Source of the DNA: Meiothermus sp.
GTDB lineage: Bacteria; Deinococcota; Deinococci; Deinococcales; Thermaceae
Reading direction: 5' to 3'
Length of the DNA stretch: 64,000 nucleotides
Assembly (NCBI GenBank): GCA_033762915.1
Contig: JANRLD010000053.1
Location: 64,001 to 128,000, forward strand
The notes below the pieces were generated by a model, which worked only from the letters and a program-made list of their open reading frames with translations, was not told the DNA's origin and ran no database searches. The translations under genes and the position numbers were made by a program. Positions 47,974 to 58,636 of this stretch are shown piece by piece (position 1 is the first letter of the stretch; each line of letters starts with the position of its first letter).

Positions 47974-48830
47974 AAGTCCTGCTCCTTGAGGTTCGCCCGG
48001 CTGGCGAAGTAGGCCCCGAAGGCCCCCATCACAAAGGCCAGGAGCATCAGGGCCACCATGCCACGCACCAGGTCCTGGCTACCCAGGACGGGGAAGAACG
48101 GCAGCAGGCTCTGGAGCGCCCCGGAGATGAAGCGGTAGGACAGGAAGCCCAGCCCCAGCGCGACCAGCCCGGAGAACAGCGTCAGCAGGATGCCCTCGGC
48201 CACGAAGGGGCCTTGGATGAAGGCCCTGGTAGCCCCCACCAGTTGCATCACCCGCAGCTCGTCGCGGCGATTCTCGATGGAGAGGCGGATGGTGCCCATC
48301 ACGCTGAACAGGGTGTTGACCAGCAGCAGCCCGATCAGGATGTAAGCGGCCACCCGCAGCCCGGCCAGCACCCGCACCAGCTGCTCAGTCAGGGCCCCGC
48401 CGTACTCCACGCTATCGACCCCCTCGAGCCGGCCCACCCGCACGGCGATCTCGCGCACCTGCTCAGGGTTAGAAAGCTTGAGCCGCAGGGTGTCGGGCAG
48501 GGGGTTCTGAATGAACTCCTGGGCCTGGGCCAGGTAGGGATAGTCGAGCAAGAGCTGCCCGAAGGCCTCCTCCTTGCTCTCCAAGCGCACTTCGGGCACG
48601 TCCGTCCAGGTCTGAATCTCGCTCAGGATGACCTGGGTGTTGGCGTCGGGCTTGAGGAAGGCCGCAATCTCGAGCTCGGACTCGAGGGTGCCCACCACGC
48701 GGTCGAGGTTCCACAGCACCAGCCCCACCAGGAATAGCAGCGAGAATGACACCAGAGCAGTGAACAGAGTGGCGAGCGTGCTGGTCGGGTGCTGCCACAG
48801 CGAGCGCCACGCTTGGGAAAGGGCGTACAC
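47970..48830 (-). CDS. ftsX: Cell division permease FtsX
   Basis: NPLPD, TIRLSI..RR.E..VM.LVGAT..FI.GPF..EG; GTG start preceded by TAAACT. Confidence 0.92.
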   Translation of the reverse strand: MYALSQAWRSLWQHPTSTLATLFTALVSFSLLFLVGLVLWNLDRVVGTLESELEIAAFLKPDANTQVILSEIQTWTDVPEVRLESKEEAFGQLLLDYPYLAQAQEFIQNPLPDTLRLKLSNPEQVREIAVRVGRLEGVDSVEYGGALTEQLVRVLAGLRVAAYILIGLLLVNTLFSVMGTIRLSIENRRDELRVMQLVGATRAFIQGPFVAEGILLTLFSGLVALGLGFLSYRFISGALQSLLPFFPVLGSQDLVRGMVALMLLAFVMGAFGAYFASRANLKEQDL

Positions 48831-49136
48831 GGGCCTTAGTTTACACACAAGGCGGCGCCGGTCGGTTAGCGGGGAGCTAAAGGGCCGGTGAGCGGTGAGC
48901 GATTGGCCATCAGCCGTCAGCCGACTTGCCTTAACCGTTGTCTTTCCGAGATCTGTGGGTTGCCACAACTTCGCTTCCTTACTGCTTAGGATGTCACCGG
49001 TATTGGTTGAGCTGCGGGGTTTATTGACGGCCAACGGCTGTCACTGGCTTGCCACCTCTTGCCGCCGTTCGCCGCCTTCACCCCTTTCCTGCCTCACATT
49101 ACGTATCACCCTCTACTCACCCTTTAGAATCTGGGC

Positions 49137-50633
49137 GTGTCCGTCCTATCCAAGCAATTTCTCCCCTATGGCCTCGAGGATTTGCCGGCTATTTTGGAGG
49201 CCCCCAGGGCGGCCCCCCGGGCCGAGCTGAGCGCGGGGCTGGTGGCCTATCTGAAGCGGATCGGGGCACCCCGGGCCAGCCTCGAGGCCGCCCAACAGCT
49301 CGCCCATCCCGGCAGCCGGGTGATCGTGACCGGGCAGCAGGCCGGGCTGCTGACCGGGCCGGCCTACACCTTTTACAAAGCGCACTCGGCCATCACGCTG
49401 GCGGCGGAGCAGACCACCCCAGAGCGGCCGGTGGTCCCGATGTTCTGGGTGGCCTCGCAGGACCACGACACCGAGGAAATCCGCAGCGCCGAGCTGCTGG
49501 ACTTTGATGAACGGGTGTACGCCCTGAGCCTGGGGCTCCCCCCCGCCCGCCCGGCGGGCCGCATCCCTTTCGCGCCGTACTTCAAGGAGGTCCACGACCT
49601 GCTGCACCAGTTCGGCGGGCTACCCGAAGTGCGCGAGCGCCTCTGCCAGGCCCTGCTGGGCAGCTGGAGCTATGCCGAGGTCTTCGCGCGGCTGCTGGCC
49701 GAGTTTCTGGGCGCTCGAGGGCTGGTGATCCTCGACCCGATGGCCCCCGAGCTGGCCCACCTGTTCGCCCCCGCACTGCAGCGCGAAATCGAAAACCCCC
49801 TGGATTCGTCAGAGGCCATCAACCGAACCGCCGAGGCCATGCGCAAGGCCGGCCTCGAGGTGATCCTGGGCCGCGGCGAGGCGGCCACCAACCTGTTCCT
49901 CGAGGGCGACGACGGGGTGCGCCGGCTGCTGCGCTGGCGCGAGGGGCGCTTCGAGGACGGCGAAAAAACCTACTCCAAGTCCGAGCTGCTGGGGCTGCTC
50001 GAGGCCGCGCCCTCGCGCATCACCCCGGCGGCGGGCCTGCGCCCGGTGGTGCAGGATACCGTGCTGCCCACCGCAGGCTTTGTGGTGGGGCCGGGCGAGC
50101 TTAAATACGTGAGCGAGCTGGGAGGGGTCTACGCGCTGCACGGCCTAACCCACCCCGCCGTGATCCGGCGGATGGGGGTGACGGTGCTCGAGCCCCCCGT
50201 GGTGCGGATACTCGAGAAGTACGGCCTCGAGCCCTGGGCTTTCCAGGCCGACCCCGACGGGCTCTTTAAGCAAGCCCTGGCCGGTCAGGACGAGACCGTG
50301 CAGAAGCTGCGGAGCCACCTCAGCAACATCCAGACCGAGTTCGAGGCGGTGAAGGAACTGCTCCCCGACCCGACCCTACAGCGCCCCCGTCACCGGGCCA
50401 GCATGCGGGTGGGCCACGAGATCGAACGCCTCGAGCGCAAGCTCCTTGACGCCGCGCTGCGCCAGGAGAACACGGTGGGGACACAGTTCGCCCGCCTCCA
50501 GCGCCACCTGGTGCCCAAGGTTCCACAGGAGCGCCACTACCCCTTCCTGATGTACCTGCTCAAGCACGGGGAGATTGTGTTGAGGCGGCTCGAGGGCCTA
50601 CCCGCCTCGGGGAACCATACCCTGGCGATCTGA
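49137..50633 (+). CDS. bshC: Bacillithiol biosynthesis cysteine-adding enzyme
   Basis: VTGQQAGLLTGP.YT.YKA, FWVASQDHD..E, LRP..QD, GPGE..Y and PQER. Confidence 0.93.
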   Translation: MSVLSKQFLPYGLEDLPAILEAPRAAPRAELSAGLVAYLKRIGAPRASLEAAQQLAHPGSRVIVTGQQAGLLTGPAYTFYKAHSAITLAAEQTTPERPVVPMFWVASQDHDTEEIRSAELLDFDERVYALSLGLPPARPAGRIPFAPYFKEVHDLLHQFGGLPEVRERLCQALLGSWSYAEVFARLLAEFLGARGLVILDPMAPELAHLFAPALQREIENPLDSSEAINRTAEAMRKAGLEVILGRGEAATNLFLEGDDGVRRLLRWREGRFEDGEKTYSKSELLGLLEAAPSRITPAAGLRPVVQDTVLPTAGFVVGPGELKYVSELGGVYALHGLTHPAVIRRMGVTVLEPPVVRILEKYGLEPWAFQADPDGLFKQALAGQDETVQKLRSHLSNIQTEFEAVKELLPDPTLQRPRHRASMRVGHEIERLERKLLDAALRQENTVGTQFARLQRHLVPKVPQERHYPFLMYLLKHGEIVLRRLEGLPASGNHTLAI

Positions 50634-50645
50634 TGAAAGTACAAT

Positions 50646-51152
50646 ATGAAAAGCTCGCTGATACTTCTATTTGTCAATATCTTTAGCGCCGTCCTGGCCG
50701 CCCCCTTCATCGGGGTGAAGGACACCAACGCCAAACTCGAGCGCTTCCTGGCCACCTCCTTCTGCAAGACCTACGGCTGCACCTTTCAGGCCAGGGTGCT
50801 GGACAACGCGGTCCTCGAGATCTACAAATACGACTTCGGCCTGAGCCGGCTGGACGGCGCGGCAGTGCAGGTCGAGACGGTGGCCGGGGAGGTGATCGGC
50901 CTCGAGGCCAACTTCCCCAACCGCAAGGCTTTGGGTGCTCGAGACCTCGAGGCCATGAGGGCCCTGGTCGAGCTGGCCGCCGGCCGCAAGATCGACTACC
51001 CCTACGCCCGCAACTGCACCCAAAACGAGCCCGGTAAGCCGCAGGACTCCGGCAAGGTGGCCGGCTTCTTGTTCCGGGTTAACTGCTACCGCTTCCCCGG
51101 CACCGTGGACGGGGCCTGGGAGTACAACCTAAAGGCCTGGCTACCGGGGTAG
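50646..51152 (+). CDS. Hypothetical secreted protein with Cys pairs
   Basis: N-terminal signal-like segment; host-like codon usage. Confidence 0.65.
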   Translation: MKSSLILLFVNIFSAVLAAPFIGVKDTNAKLERFLATSFCKTYGCTFQARVLDNAVLEIYKYDFGLSRLDGAAVQVETVAGEVIGLEANFPNRKALGARDLEAMRALVELAAGRKIDYPYARNCTQNEPGKPQDSGKVAGFLFRVNCYRFPGTVDGAWEYNLKAWLPG

Positions 51153-51184
51153 AGGACTCGTAGCGCGTGGCCTGTACGCTTGCT

Positions 51185-51318
51185 TAAGTGTCTTCGTATT
51201 TGGAATGCGAAGTTTCACCTGCCAGCTCCCGTAGGGGATTGGGCCTCGGGTAGCCACTCCTCCCAGGCAGGTATCTACCCTATCCGCCGATTCTGTACTT
51301 CCACCCTGGCGCAACTTA
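51185..51318 (-). repeat. MITE-like intergenic repeat, family A, copy 4
   Basis: Reverse strand TAAGTTGCGCCAGGGTGGAAGTACAGAATCGGCGGA...GGGAGCTGGCAGGTGAAA...CACTTA; begins at the kynA stop codon. Confidence 0.8.
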
Positions 51319-52143
51319 CAGCTCAGTGCGTACCTGCCACAGCTCGGGGAACAGCACAATGTCCAGCGCCCGGCGCAGGTAGGGCACGCCCGCCGTGCCG
51401 CCGCTGCCGGTCTTGTGGCCGATGATGCGCTCGACGGTGGTGAGGTGGTTGAAGCGCCAGCGGCGGAAGTTGTCCTCCACGTCCACCAGCTTCTCGGCCA
51501 AGTAGTACAAGTCCCAGTGCTTTTCGGGCTGGCGGTAGACCTCGAGCCAAGCCTTTTTTACCGCCTCGCTGGGCTGGTGCGGCTCGGCAAAGTCGCGACT
51601 CAAGACCTCCTGGGGGATCGGCAGGCCGCGCTTAGCCACCAGCTGCAAGCTGAGGTCGTAGAGGCTGGGGGATTTCAGGGCGGCCTCGAGCAGCGCGTGG
51701 TGTTCGGGCTGGTGCTGGTGGGGCCGCATCATGAAGGGCTGCTTGTTGCCGAACAGGAACTCGATCAGCCGGTACTGGTGGCTTTGGAAGCCGCTGGCCC
51801 GCCCGAAGCTCGAGCGGAACTTCAGGTAGTCGCTGGGGGTCATGGTCTTGAGCACCTCCCAGCTCGAGGTCATCTGCTCCTGGATGCGCGAGACCCGCGA
51901 GAGCATCTTCATGGCCGGGTCGAGGTCTTCGGCCCGGATGCGCTCCATGGCGCTCTGGAGCTCGTGGACGGTCAGCTTCATCCACAGCTCTTGCACCTGG
52001 TGGATCACGATGAACAGCACCTCATCGTGCGCGTCGGTGAGCCGAACCTGGGCCTCGAGCAGCGCGTCGAGTCTCAAGTACTCGCCGTACGAGAGCGAGG
52101 CGCTGAAGTCGGTGTGGGCCTTGTCGTAGGTGTTTTCGGACAT
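51316..52143 (-). CDS. kynA: Tryptophan 2,3-dioxygenase
   Basis: Y..YL.LD.LL, HDE.LFI..HQ..ELW, SGFQS and R.IG.K.G.GGT.G..YL. Confidence 0.96.
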   Translation of the reverse strand: MSENTYDKAHTDFSASLSYGEYLRLDALLEAQVRLTDAHDEVLFIVIHQVQELWMKLTVHELQSAMERIRAEDLDPAMKMLSRVSRIQEQMTSSWEVLKTMTPSDYLKFRSSFGRASGFQSHQYRLIEFLFGNKQPFMMRPHQHQPEHHALLEAALKSPSLYDLSLQLVAKRGLPIPQEVLSRDFAEPHQPSEAVKKAWLEVYRQPEKHWDLYYLAEKLVDVEDNFRRWRFNHLTTVERIIGHKTGSGGTAGVPYLRRALDIVLFPELWQVRTEL

Positions 52144-52173
52144 GTGTGCCTACTTGCGGAGGTGGGGAAAACT

Positions 52174-52262
52174 GCGGGGAAGGTGAAAAGTGGAAAGATA
52201 ATAAAGTCAAAGGCTTTTGGTCTTCCTTTTCCCTTTCCACTTTCCGCTTTTCTCGCCTTTCG
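52174..52262. repeat. Purine/pyrimidine-arm hairpin repeat, family C (related copy at 3625-3700)
   Basis: GGAAGGTG.A..GTGGAAAG...TAAAGTCA.AGGCT.T.G.T.TTCCTTT...TTTCCAC is shared by both sites. Confidence 0.65.
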
Positions 52263-52264
52263 TC

Positions 52265-53494
52265 TTACGTCACCTTCGCCCGCACCTGAAACTGCTCGGC
52301 CTTGTAGCGGCCCGTGGCCATCACCCGCTCGAGGCGCTGCACCGCCTCCCACACGTCGGCGTAGCGCACGTAGAGCGGGGTGAAGCCGAAGCGCACGATG
52401 TCGGGGGCGCGGAAGTCGCCGATCAGGCCCGCCTCGATGATGGCCTGCATAATGGCGTAGCCCTCGGGGTGGCTGAAGGAGACCTGGGAGCCGCGCCGGG
52501 CGTGCTCCTTGGGGGTGACGAGCTTAAAGCCGTAGCGGGCGCACAGCGGCTCCATCAGGGCGATAAAGGCGTCGGTGAGGGCCAGGGATTTGGCCCGGAG
52601 TTGCCCCAGGTCAACGCCCTCGAAAGCATCGAGCGCGGCGTCCAGGGCCGCCATGCTCAGCACGCCCGGGGTGCCCACAGTCAGGCGGCGGATGTCGGGG
52701 GCGGCCTCGAAATCGGGGCGGAACTCGAAGGGCTGGTTGTGGCCCATCCAGCCCGCCATGTAGGGCAGCGCGGCCTGCTGGTGGCGCTTCGGCACGAAGA
52801 GGAAAGCAGGTGCGCCGGGGCCGCCGTTGAGGTATTTGTAGCCGCATCCGACGGCGAAGTCCACGTTGTGCCGGTTCAGGTCGACCGCAAAAGCGCCCGC
52901 GCTGTGTGCCAGGTCCCAGACGACCAGGGCTCCGTGGGCGTGGGCCTTGGCGGTGAGGCCAGGGAGGTCGTAGCGGTAGCCGGTGCGGTAGTCGACTTCG
53001 GTCTGCATCAAGACGGCAGTAGAGTCGTCTATGGCGCCCTCGAGCTCGTCCTTCTTCACGAAGCGCAGCTCGTAGCCGCCCAGCAGGTCGCGCACCCCCT
53101 GGGCGATGTAGAGGTCGGTGGGGAAGTTGTCGATGTCCGAGACGATCACCCGCCGCTCGGGTCGCAGCTTGAGGGCGGCCAGCAGCACCTTGAAGAGGTT
53201 GACGCTGGTGGAGTCGGCGGCCACCGTCTCGCCCGGCTCCGCCCCGATCAGCCGCCCGATCTTATCGCCCACCCGCAGAGGCAGGTCCATCCAGCCGTTT
53301 TTGTTCCAGCTGCGGATCAGGTCGGTGCCCCACTCCCGCGCCACCACGTCTTCCACGCGGGCCGGAACGTTTCGGGGCAGCACCCCCAACGAGTTACCGT
53401 CGAGGTAGATCAGCCCCTCGGGTACATGGAAGAGGTCGCGCCTGGGGTGCAGGGGATCGGAGCGGTCGAGGGCCAAAAGGTCGTCTAGGGTCAT
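52265..53494 (-). CDS. kynU: Kynureninase
   Basis: YLDGNSLG, WDLAHSAGA, GCGYKYLNGGPG, GW.GH and RGSQVS. Confidence 0.96.
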   Translation of the reverse strand: MTLDDLLALDRSDPLHPRRDLFHVPEGLIYLDGNSLGVLPRNVPARVEDVVAREWGTDLIRSWNKNGWMDLPLRVGDKIGRLIGAEPGETVAADSTSVNLFKVLLAALKLRPERRVIVSDIDNFPTDLYIAQGVRDLLGGYELRFVKKDELEGAIDDSTAVLMQTEVDYRTGYRYDLPGLTAKAHAHGALVVWDLAHSAGAFAVDLNRHNVDFAVGCGYKYLNGGPGAPAFLFVPKRHQQAALPYMAGWMGHNQPFEFRPDFEAAPDIRRLTVGTPGVLSMAALDAALDAFEGVDLGQLRAKSLALTDAFIALMEPLCARYGFKLVTPKEHARRGSQVSFSHPEGYAIMQAIIEAGLIGDFRAPDIVRFGFTPLYVRYADVWEAVQRLERVMATGRYKAEQFQVRAKVT

Positions 53495-54105
53495 GAGGGT
53501 TTCTCCGCTCTTCTCGCCTCAAGCCAGCGCCAGAACTCCTCCAGGGTGCTACCGGCCCGCTCGAGGGCAAAGCTGTAGATGTCTACACTGTAAACCGTTT
53601 TGCGGTATTCGGGGTGATGGTGCAGGACGGTTTTCAGCTCGAGGATGAGCCTTCGATCGGCAGACATCAGCCGCTCGGCGAGTCGGGCTTTGTCCGCGAG
53701 ATCCACGGCGTACTCGGCCTCGGACCAGCCCCAGAAGTCCAGCTTCCAGGCCACCTGGGTTCGGTTGTTGAGGAACTCGTAACCGCCGTACAGCCCCGGC
53801 TTGGAGGCCCTGGAGTCCGGGCGGAGGTGCTCGTCGTTGAACTTGGCCCGAAACAGCCGGTAGCCCTGCCGCTCGAGCTGCTCCGCGAGGGGCGGCGCAA
53901 ACACCATGAGCTTGGTGCGGTCGGCGTGCTCGAGGTGGCAGAAGAGGTCTATGTCCGGCCAGGTCATCAGGTCGAGAGCCACGCTGCCCGCCAGGTGGAT
54001 TTTGCCGAACTGCCGCTCGAGCAACCCCATCAGGCCGCCCTCGAGGATGTCCAGGACTTCCCGCCGCAGCCGGGCGGACTGTCGCTCGAGATCGGATGAG
54101 GTCAT
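53491..54105 (-). CDS. Hypothetical protein with minimal-nucleotidyltransferase-like motif
   Basis: GSVALDLMTWPDIDL and WKLDFW; stop overlaps the kynU start. Confidence 0.6.
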   Translation of the reverse strand: MTSSDLERQSARLRREVLDILEGGLMGLLERQFGKIHLAGSVALDLMTWPDIDLFCHLEHADRTKLMVFAPPLAEQLERQGYRLFRAKFNDEHLRPDSRASKPGLYGGYEFLNNRTQVAWKLDFWGWSEAEYAVDLADKARLAERLMSADRRLILELKTVLHHHPEYRKTVYSVDIYSFALERAGSTLEEFWRWLEARRAEKPS

Positions 54106-54179
54106 CAGGGCATTTTACCCGGTACTAACAAGCCAGCCTCAGCGGTTTCTCAAGCCGAGGCTCTTTCATGGAAATATCT

Positions 54180-54377
54180 ATGACCAGAGACCAGTTCATC
54201 GCAGCCGTCCAGAGGCTCGGCTACAGCCCCCAGGCCGCCCAGAAGAAGGCCGACAGCGTGAGGGGGATGATCGAATACCGCCGCAAGGAGCTGCTCGAGG
54301 AGTTCGAACGCCTCGAGGCCGACAGCTATGGCGACGTGTTGGCGACAATCCAGCCGGTTGGCCTCAGCAGGGTCTGA
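54180..54377 (+). CDS. Small hypothetical protein
   Basis: Host-like codon usage; no recognised motif. Confidence 0.5.
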   Translation: MTRDQFIAAVQRLGYSPQAAQKKADSVRGMIEYRRKELLEEFERLEADSYGDVLATIQPVGLSRV

Positions 54378-54428
54378 GCCTTTCGCCCATACGCCCGAAC
54401 CCGGCGCAAGACGTGCGACGTACTACGC

Positions 54429-55248
54429 TCAAATGTCCTTGCGCTCGAAGATCAGTATCGCCAGCGCCGCAAAGCCCAGGGTGTAGGTGAGCAGCAGCCC
54501 CACCCCGATGGGAAAGACCTGGGCCGGGTTGAAGGTGGCCCCCGCCTGGATCAGGTTGGCGGCAATCTGGGCCTGGCCCTCGGGGTAGAAGAGGGTCAGG
54601 TAGGTGGTGAGCAGGAAGAACTGGATGCCGGGGAAAGCCACCAGCAGGCGCATCAAGAGCAGCGTGGAGACTGCCGCCAGGGCCGCCGAGGTGGTGGAGA
54701 GGAAGATTACCGCGAACAGGAGCGAGAGCGTGGCCAGCGGCCAGAGGGTGAGGGCGGCCAGCAGGTGGGCGGTCAAGACCTCCTGGACGGCCTGCGCGGG
54801 GCCGATGAAGCCCTCCCCCACGAAGCCGGTGGTACCCAGGCCGGTACCGCCCGCGAAGCTGCCCAGCCCGAAGGGCAGGCCCGCCAGCAGCGACCCGATC
54901 AGGCTGACCAGCATCAGCACCACCGGGTAGAGCAGCACCAGGATCAGCTTGGCCCCCAGCAGCCGGGTGCGCGAGCTGGGGCGCAGCAGCAGCGACTTGA
55001 GGGTGCCGGTGCTGACCTCTGAGCCCAGGATCTCAGCGCTGGCGATGGCCACCAAGAAGGGGAACAGGTACTCGATGCCGGTGAACAGCGAGAGCGCGGG
55101 CACCTGCCAGCCCGAGGCCAGCTCGAGCTGATAGATCGCCCTCAGTCCCGGCGCGAAGGCCCACAGCACCGGCAAAACCAGCGAAACCAAAAGACCCAAC
55201 TGCACCGAGCGCAGCCGGATCAGCTTGCCGAACTCCCAAATCAGGATT

Positions 55249-55256
<8 letters not shown>
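54429..55256 (-). CDS. ABC-2 type exporter permease
   Basis: E...GTLK.LL.RP.SR..L..AK; multiple TM segments. Confidence 0.85.
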
Positions 55257-56169
<913 letters not shown>

Positions 56170-56297
56170 GGGGCGATTATACGGACGTAACGCTTGCGGG
56201 GTGGGTTATGTGGGGAATGGGGCGGGGGCGGGTAACGGTACGGAGCGTGGGGTGCAGGGGGCTCGGGCTTAATTAGCGCTGTTCCCTCCAAGCCCCA

Positions 56298-56340
56298 CTT
56301 CCCTCTTCCCTCTTCCCTCTTCCCTCTATACCCTATACCC
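56298..56340 (+). repeat. Tandem heptamer repeats (TTCCCTC)x4 and (TATACCC)x2 upstream of moaC
   Basis: cttccctcttccctcttccctcttccctctataccctataccc directly before the ATG. Confidence 0.8.
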
Positions 56341-56817
56341 ATGTCCGAACTGACCCACTTCAAAGACGGCAGGCCGCAGATGGTGGACGTGAGCGGGAAG
56401 GCGGCCACGCTGCGGGTCGCCACCGCCGAGGCGACGGTTAAGCTGCAGCCCGAGGCGGTCGAGGCACTGCGGGCAGGCGGGGTGGGCAAGGGCGACCCGC
56501 TCACAGTGGCGCAGCTGGCCGGCATCATGGCGGCCAAGAAGACCGGCGAGCTGATCCCGCTGTGCCACCCGCTGCCCATCAGCAGCGCCGACGTGCGCCT
56601 CGAGTTCCGCCCCGAGCAGTCCGAGGTCTACGTCACCGCCACCATCAAGACCAAGGGCGAGACCGGGGTGGAGATGGAGGCCCTGACCGCCGTCTCGGTG
56701 GCGGCGCTGACCGTCTACGACATGCTGAAGGCGGCCAGCAAGGGTCTCGAGATCACCGACCTGCGGCTGCTGTACAAGTCCGGCGGTAAGTCGGGCGAGT
56801 GGCGGCGGGAGGGCTGA
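56341..56817 (+). CDS. moaC: Cyclic pyranopterin monophosphate synthase
   Basis: [26 protein letters not shown] and KSGGKSG. Confidence 0.96.
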   Translation: MSELTHFKDGRPQMVDVSGKAATLRVATAEATVKLQPEAVEALRAGGVGKGDPLTVAQLAGIMAAKKTGELIPLCHPLPISSADVRLEFRPEQSEVYVTATIKTKGETGVEMEALTAVSVAALTVYDMLKAASKGLEITDLRLLYKSGGKSGEWRREG

Positions 56818-56896
56818 GGCTAGGCCGGTTCGGTGTGGTAGAATCCCGCACTGTGGCTGCCGGGCGCTTGGCGACCCGGTCACCGACGGAGGAAGC

Positions 56897-57127
56897 ATGG
56901 CGCTCATTGACGACATCAAGGAAGTGATCGTGGACAAACTCGGCGTAGACGCCGACAAGATCGTGCCCGAGGCCCGCTTTATCGAAGACCTGGGGGCCGA
57001 CTCGCTGGACACCGTGGAGCTGGTGATGGGCCTGGAGGACAAGTTCGGCCTCGAGATCTCCGACGAGGAAGCCGAGAAGATCCGCACCGTCCAGGACGCG
57101 ATCAACTTCGTTGAGAGCAAGCAGTAG
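56897..57127 (+). CDS. acpP: Acyl carrier protein
   Basis: [14 protein letters not shown]. Confidence 0.97.
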   Translation: MALIDDIKEVIVDKLGVDADKIVPEARFIEDLGADSLDTVELVMGLEDKFGLEISDEEAEKIRTVQDAINFVESKQ

Positions 57128-57143
57128 ATCGTCGCGGGTAGCG

Positions 57144-57175
57144 GGCCGAGGGTCTTGTGCCCTCGGCCTTTTTTT
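57144..57175 (+). terminator. Intrinsic terminator after acpP
   Basis: GGCCGAGGG-7 nt loop-CCCTCGGCC followed by T7. Confidence 0.85.
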
Positions 57176-57183
57176 GTCACCGT

Positions 57184-57420
57184 TCAGCCGTCGGCGCCCT
57201 TCCACTCCACCGCCTCGTAGAGGGCCTCGGCCCTGCGCAGCGTGACGATGGCGGTGAGGCCGTCCCTGGCCTCGAGCTCGGCTTTGGCCCGGCCCACCAG
57301 CCGGGCGAACTCCGGGTCGGCCAGAAGCAGGAAGGCGAAATGCTCGAGCTTCTTGAGCCGCTCGAAGCGCCGCCAGGCGTCGGGCATGAAGCGGCTCGAG
57401 GGGTTGGGCGTAGAGGCCAT
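57184..57420 (-). CDS. Small hypothetical protein
   Basis: Follows the coxE-like gene closely; host-like codon usage. Confidence 0.55.
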   Translation of the reverse strand: MASTPNPSSRFMPDAWRRFERLKKLEHFAFLLLADPEFARLVGRAKAELEARDGLTAIVTLRRAEALYEAVEWKGADG

Positions 57421-57436
57421 GGCGTTCGGTGGGCCC

Positions 57437-58633
57437 CTAGTGAACGTTACTCGCCCGCCTGTCCAGCGAGGCCAGGGCCTCGACCAGCATCTCGAGGCTG
57501 TTCAGGTTATGCACGGGCAGAAAGTCGTCTATGAAAGGCAGCGCAGCCACCAGTCCGCGGGTGAGCGGCTGATAGCCCGGCGTCCCGATGAGCGGATTCA
57601 ACCAGATCAGGCGGTGGCAGGACTTTTGCAGCCGCTCCATCTCGAAGGCCAGCAGCGCGGGCTCGCCCTGATCCCAGCCGTCGGAGATCACCATCACGAT
57701 GGCACCGCGCCCCAGCACCCGCTTGGCCCAGCCGTGGTTGAAGGCGTGCAGGCTCTCGCCGATCCGGGTGCCGCCCGACCAGTCCTTGACCTGCTGACCC
57801 ACCTCGCGCAGGGCCTCGTCCACCGAGCGGCGCTTCATGGCCCTCGAGATGCGCGAGAGCCGGGTGCCAAACACAAAGGTCTCGAGGCGGCGCACCCCCT
57901 GGCGGGACTGCTCGAGGCTGAAGGCGTGCAGGAAGTGCAGCAACATCCGGGCGTAGCGCTCCATCGAGCCCGAGACGTCGGCGATGCAGACGATGGGGCG
58001 GGGCTTGGTCTTGCGGCTGCGGAACTTGAGGTCGAGCAGCTCGCCCTGGTGGCGCAGCGAGGCCCGGAAGCTGCGGCGCAGGTCGAGGGCCTCGTCGCCC
58101 CTGGGCCTCATGCGCCGGGTCTTGCGCTCGGGTGGGTTCCAGCTAAAGCCGTAGAGGAGCTGCCTGGCCCGCTCAAGTTCGGTCTCGCTCATCTGGTCGA
58201 AGCGCTTGGTTTTGAGCACCTCGTCGGCGCTGAAGGTGAGGGCACGGTCGGAGATCGGTAGGGGCGCGTCCGGTTGGTTCTGCTGCCCGGACTTCGGCTC
58301 GCGTCCGACCTCGCCGGGCTTGGCCTTCTGGTCTTTCTTGGGCGGGATGGTGGTCTGGTTAAGCAGCTCGGAGGGGAAGCGCTCGAGGCCCAGTGTTTTC
58401 CAAAAGTTCTTGAAGGCCGCTTCGAACTTGGCGAAGTCCTCGCGCTTGGTGACGAGGCTGCCACGGGCCGCGTAGAAGAACAGGGTGGGGTCGAAGATGG
58501 AGATTTCGGCCAGGGCTTGGGCGAAGGCGGTGGTCTGGCCGGGCGTGACCGTGATGCCCTCGTCGCGCAGCACCCGCACGAAGGCCACGGCGTGGGAGAG
58601 GAGCTGGCCTGAACTCGATTGCCGGGGGTTCAT
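57437..58633 (-). CDS. coxE: CoxE-like VWA-domain protein
   Basis: MIDAS DVSGSM, F.FGT.L, WSGGTRIG, SDGWD and WLNP. Confidence 0.88.
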   Translation of the reverse strand: MNPRQSSSGQLLSHAVAFVRVLRDEGITVTPGQTTAFAQALAEISIFDPTLFFYAARGSLVTKREDFAKFEAAFKNFWKTLGLERFPSELLNQTTIPPKKDQKAKPGEVGREPKSGQQNQPDAPLPISDRALTFSADEVLKTKRFDQMSETELERARQLLYGFSWNPPERKTRRMRPRGDEALDLRRSFRASLRHQGELLDLKFRSRKTKPRPIVCIADVSGSMERYARMLLHFLHAFSLEQSRQGVRRLETFVFGTRLSRISRAMKRRSVDEALREVGQQVKDWSGGTRIGESLHAFNHGWAKRVLGRGAIVMVISDGWDQGEPALLAFEMERLQKSCHRLIWLNPLIGTPGYQPLTRGLVAALPFIDDFLPVHNLNSLEMLVEALASLDRRASNVH

Positions 58634-58636
58634 GGG

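Noticed and set aside
48831..49034. N-terminal extension of FtsX in the ORF track
   Set aside because: It runs through an intergenic repeat; GTG 48830 preceded by TAAACT fits better.
56170..56340. Moco riboswitch upstream of moaC
   Set aside because: The region is G-rich and heptamer repeat sequence with no recognisable consensus.
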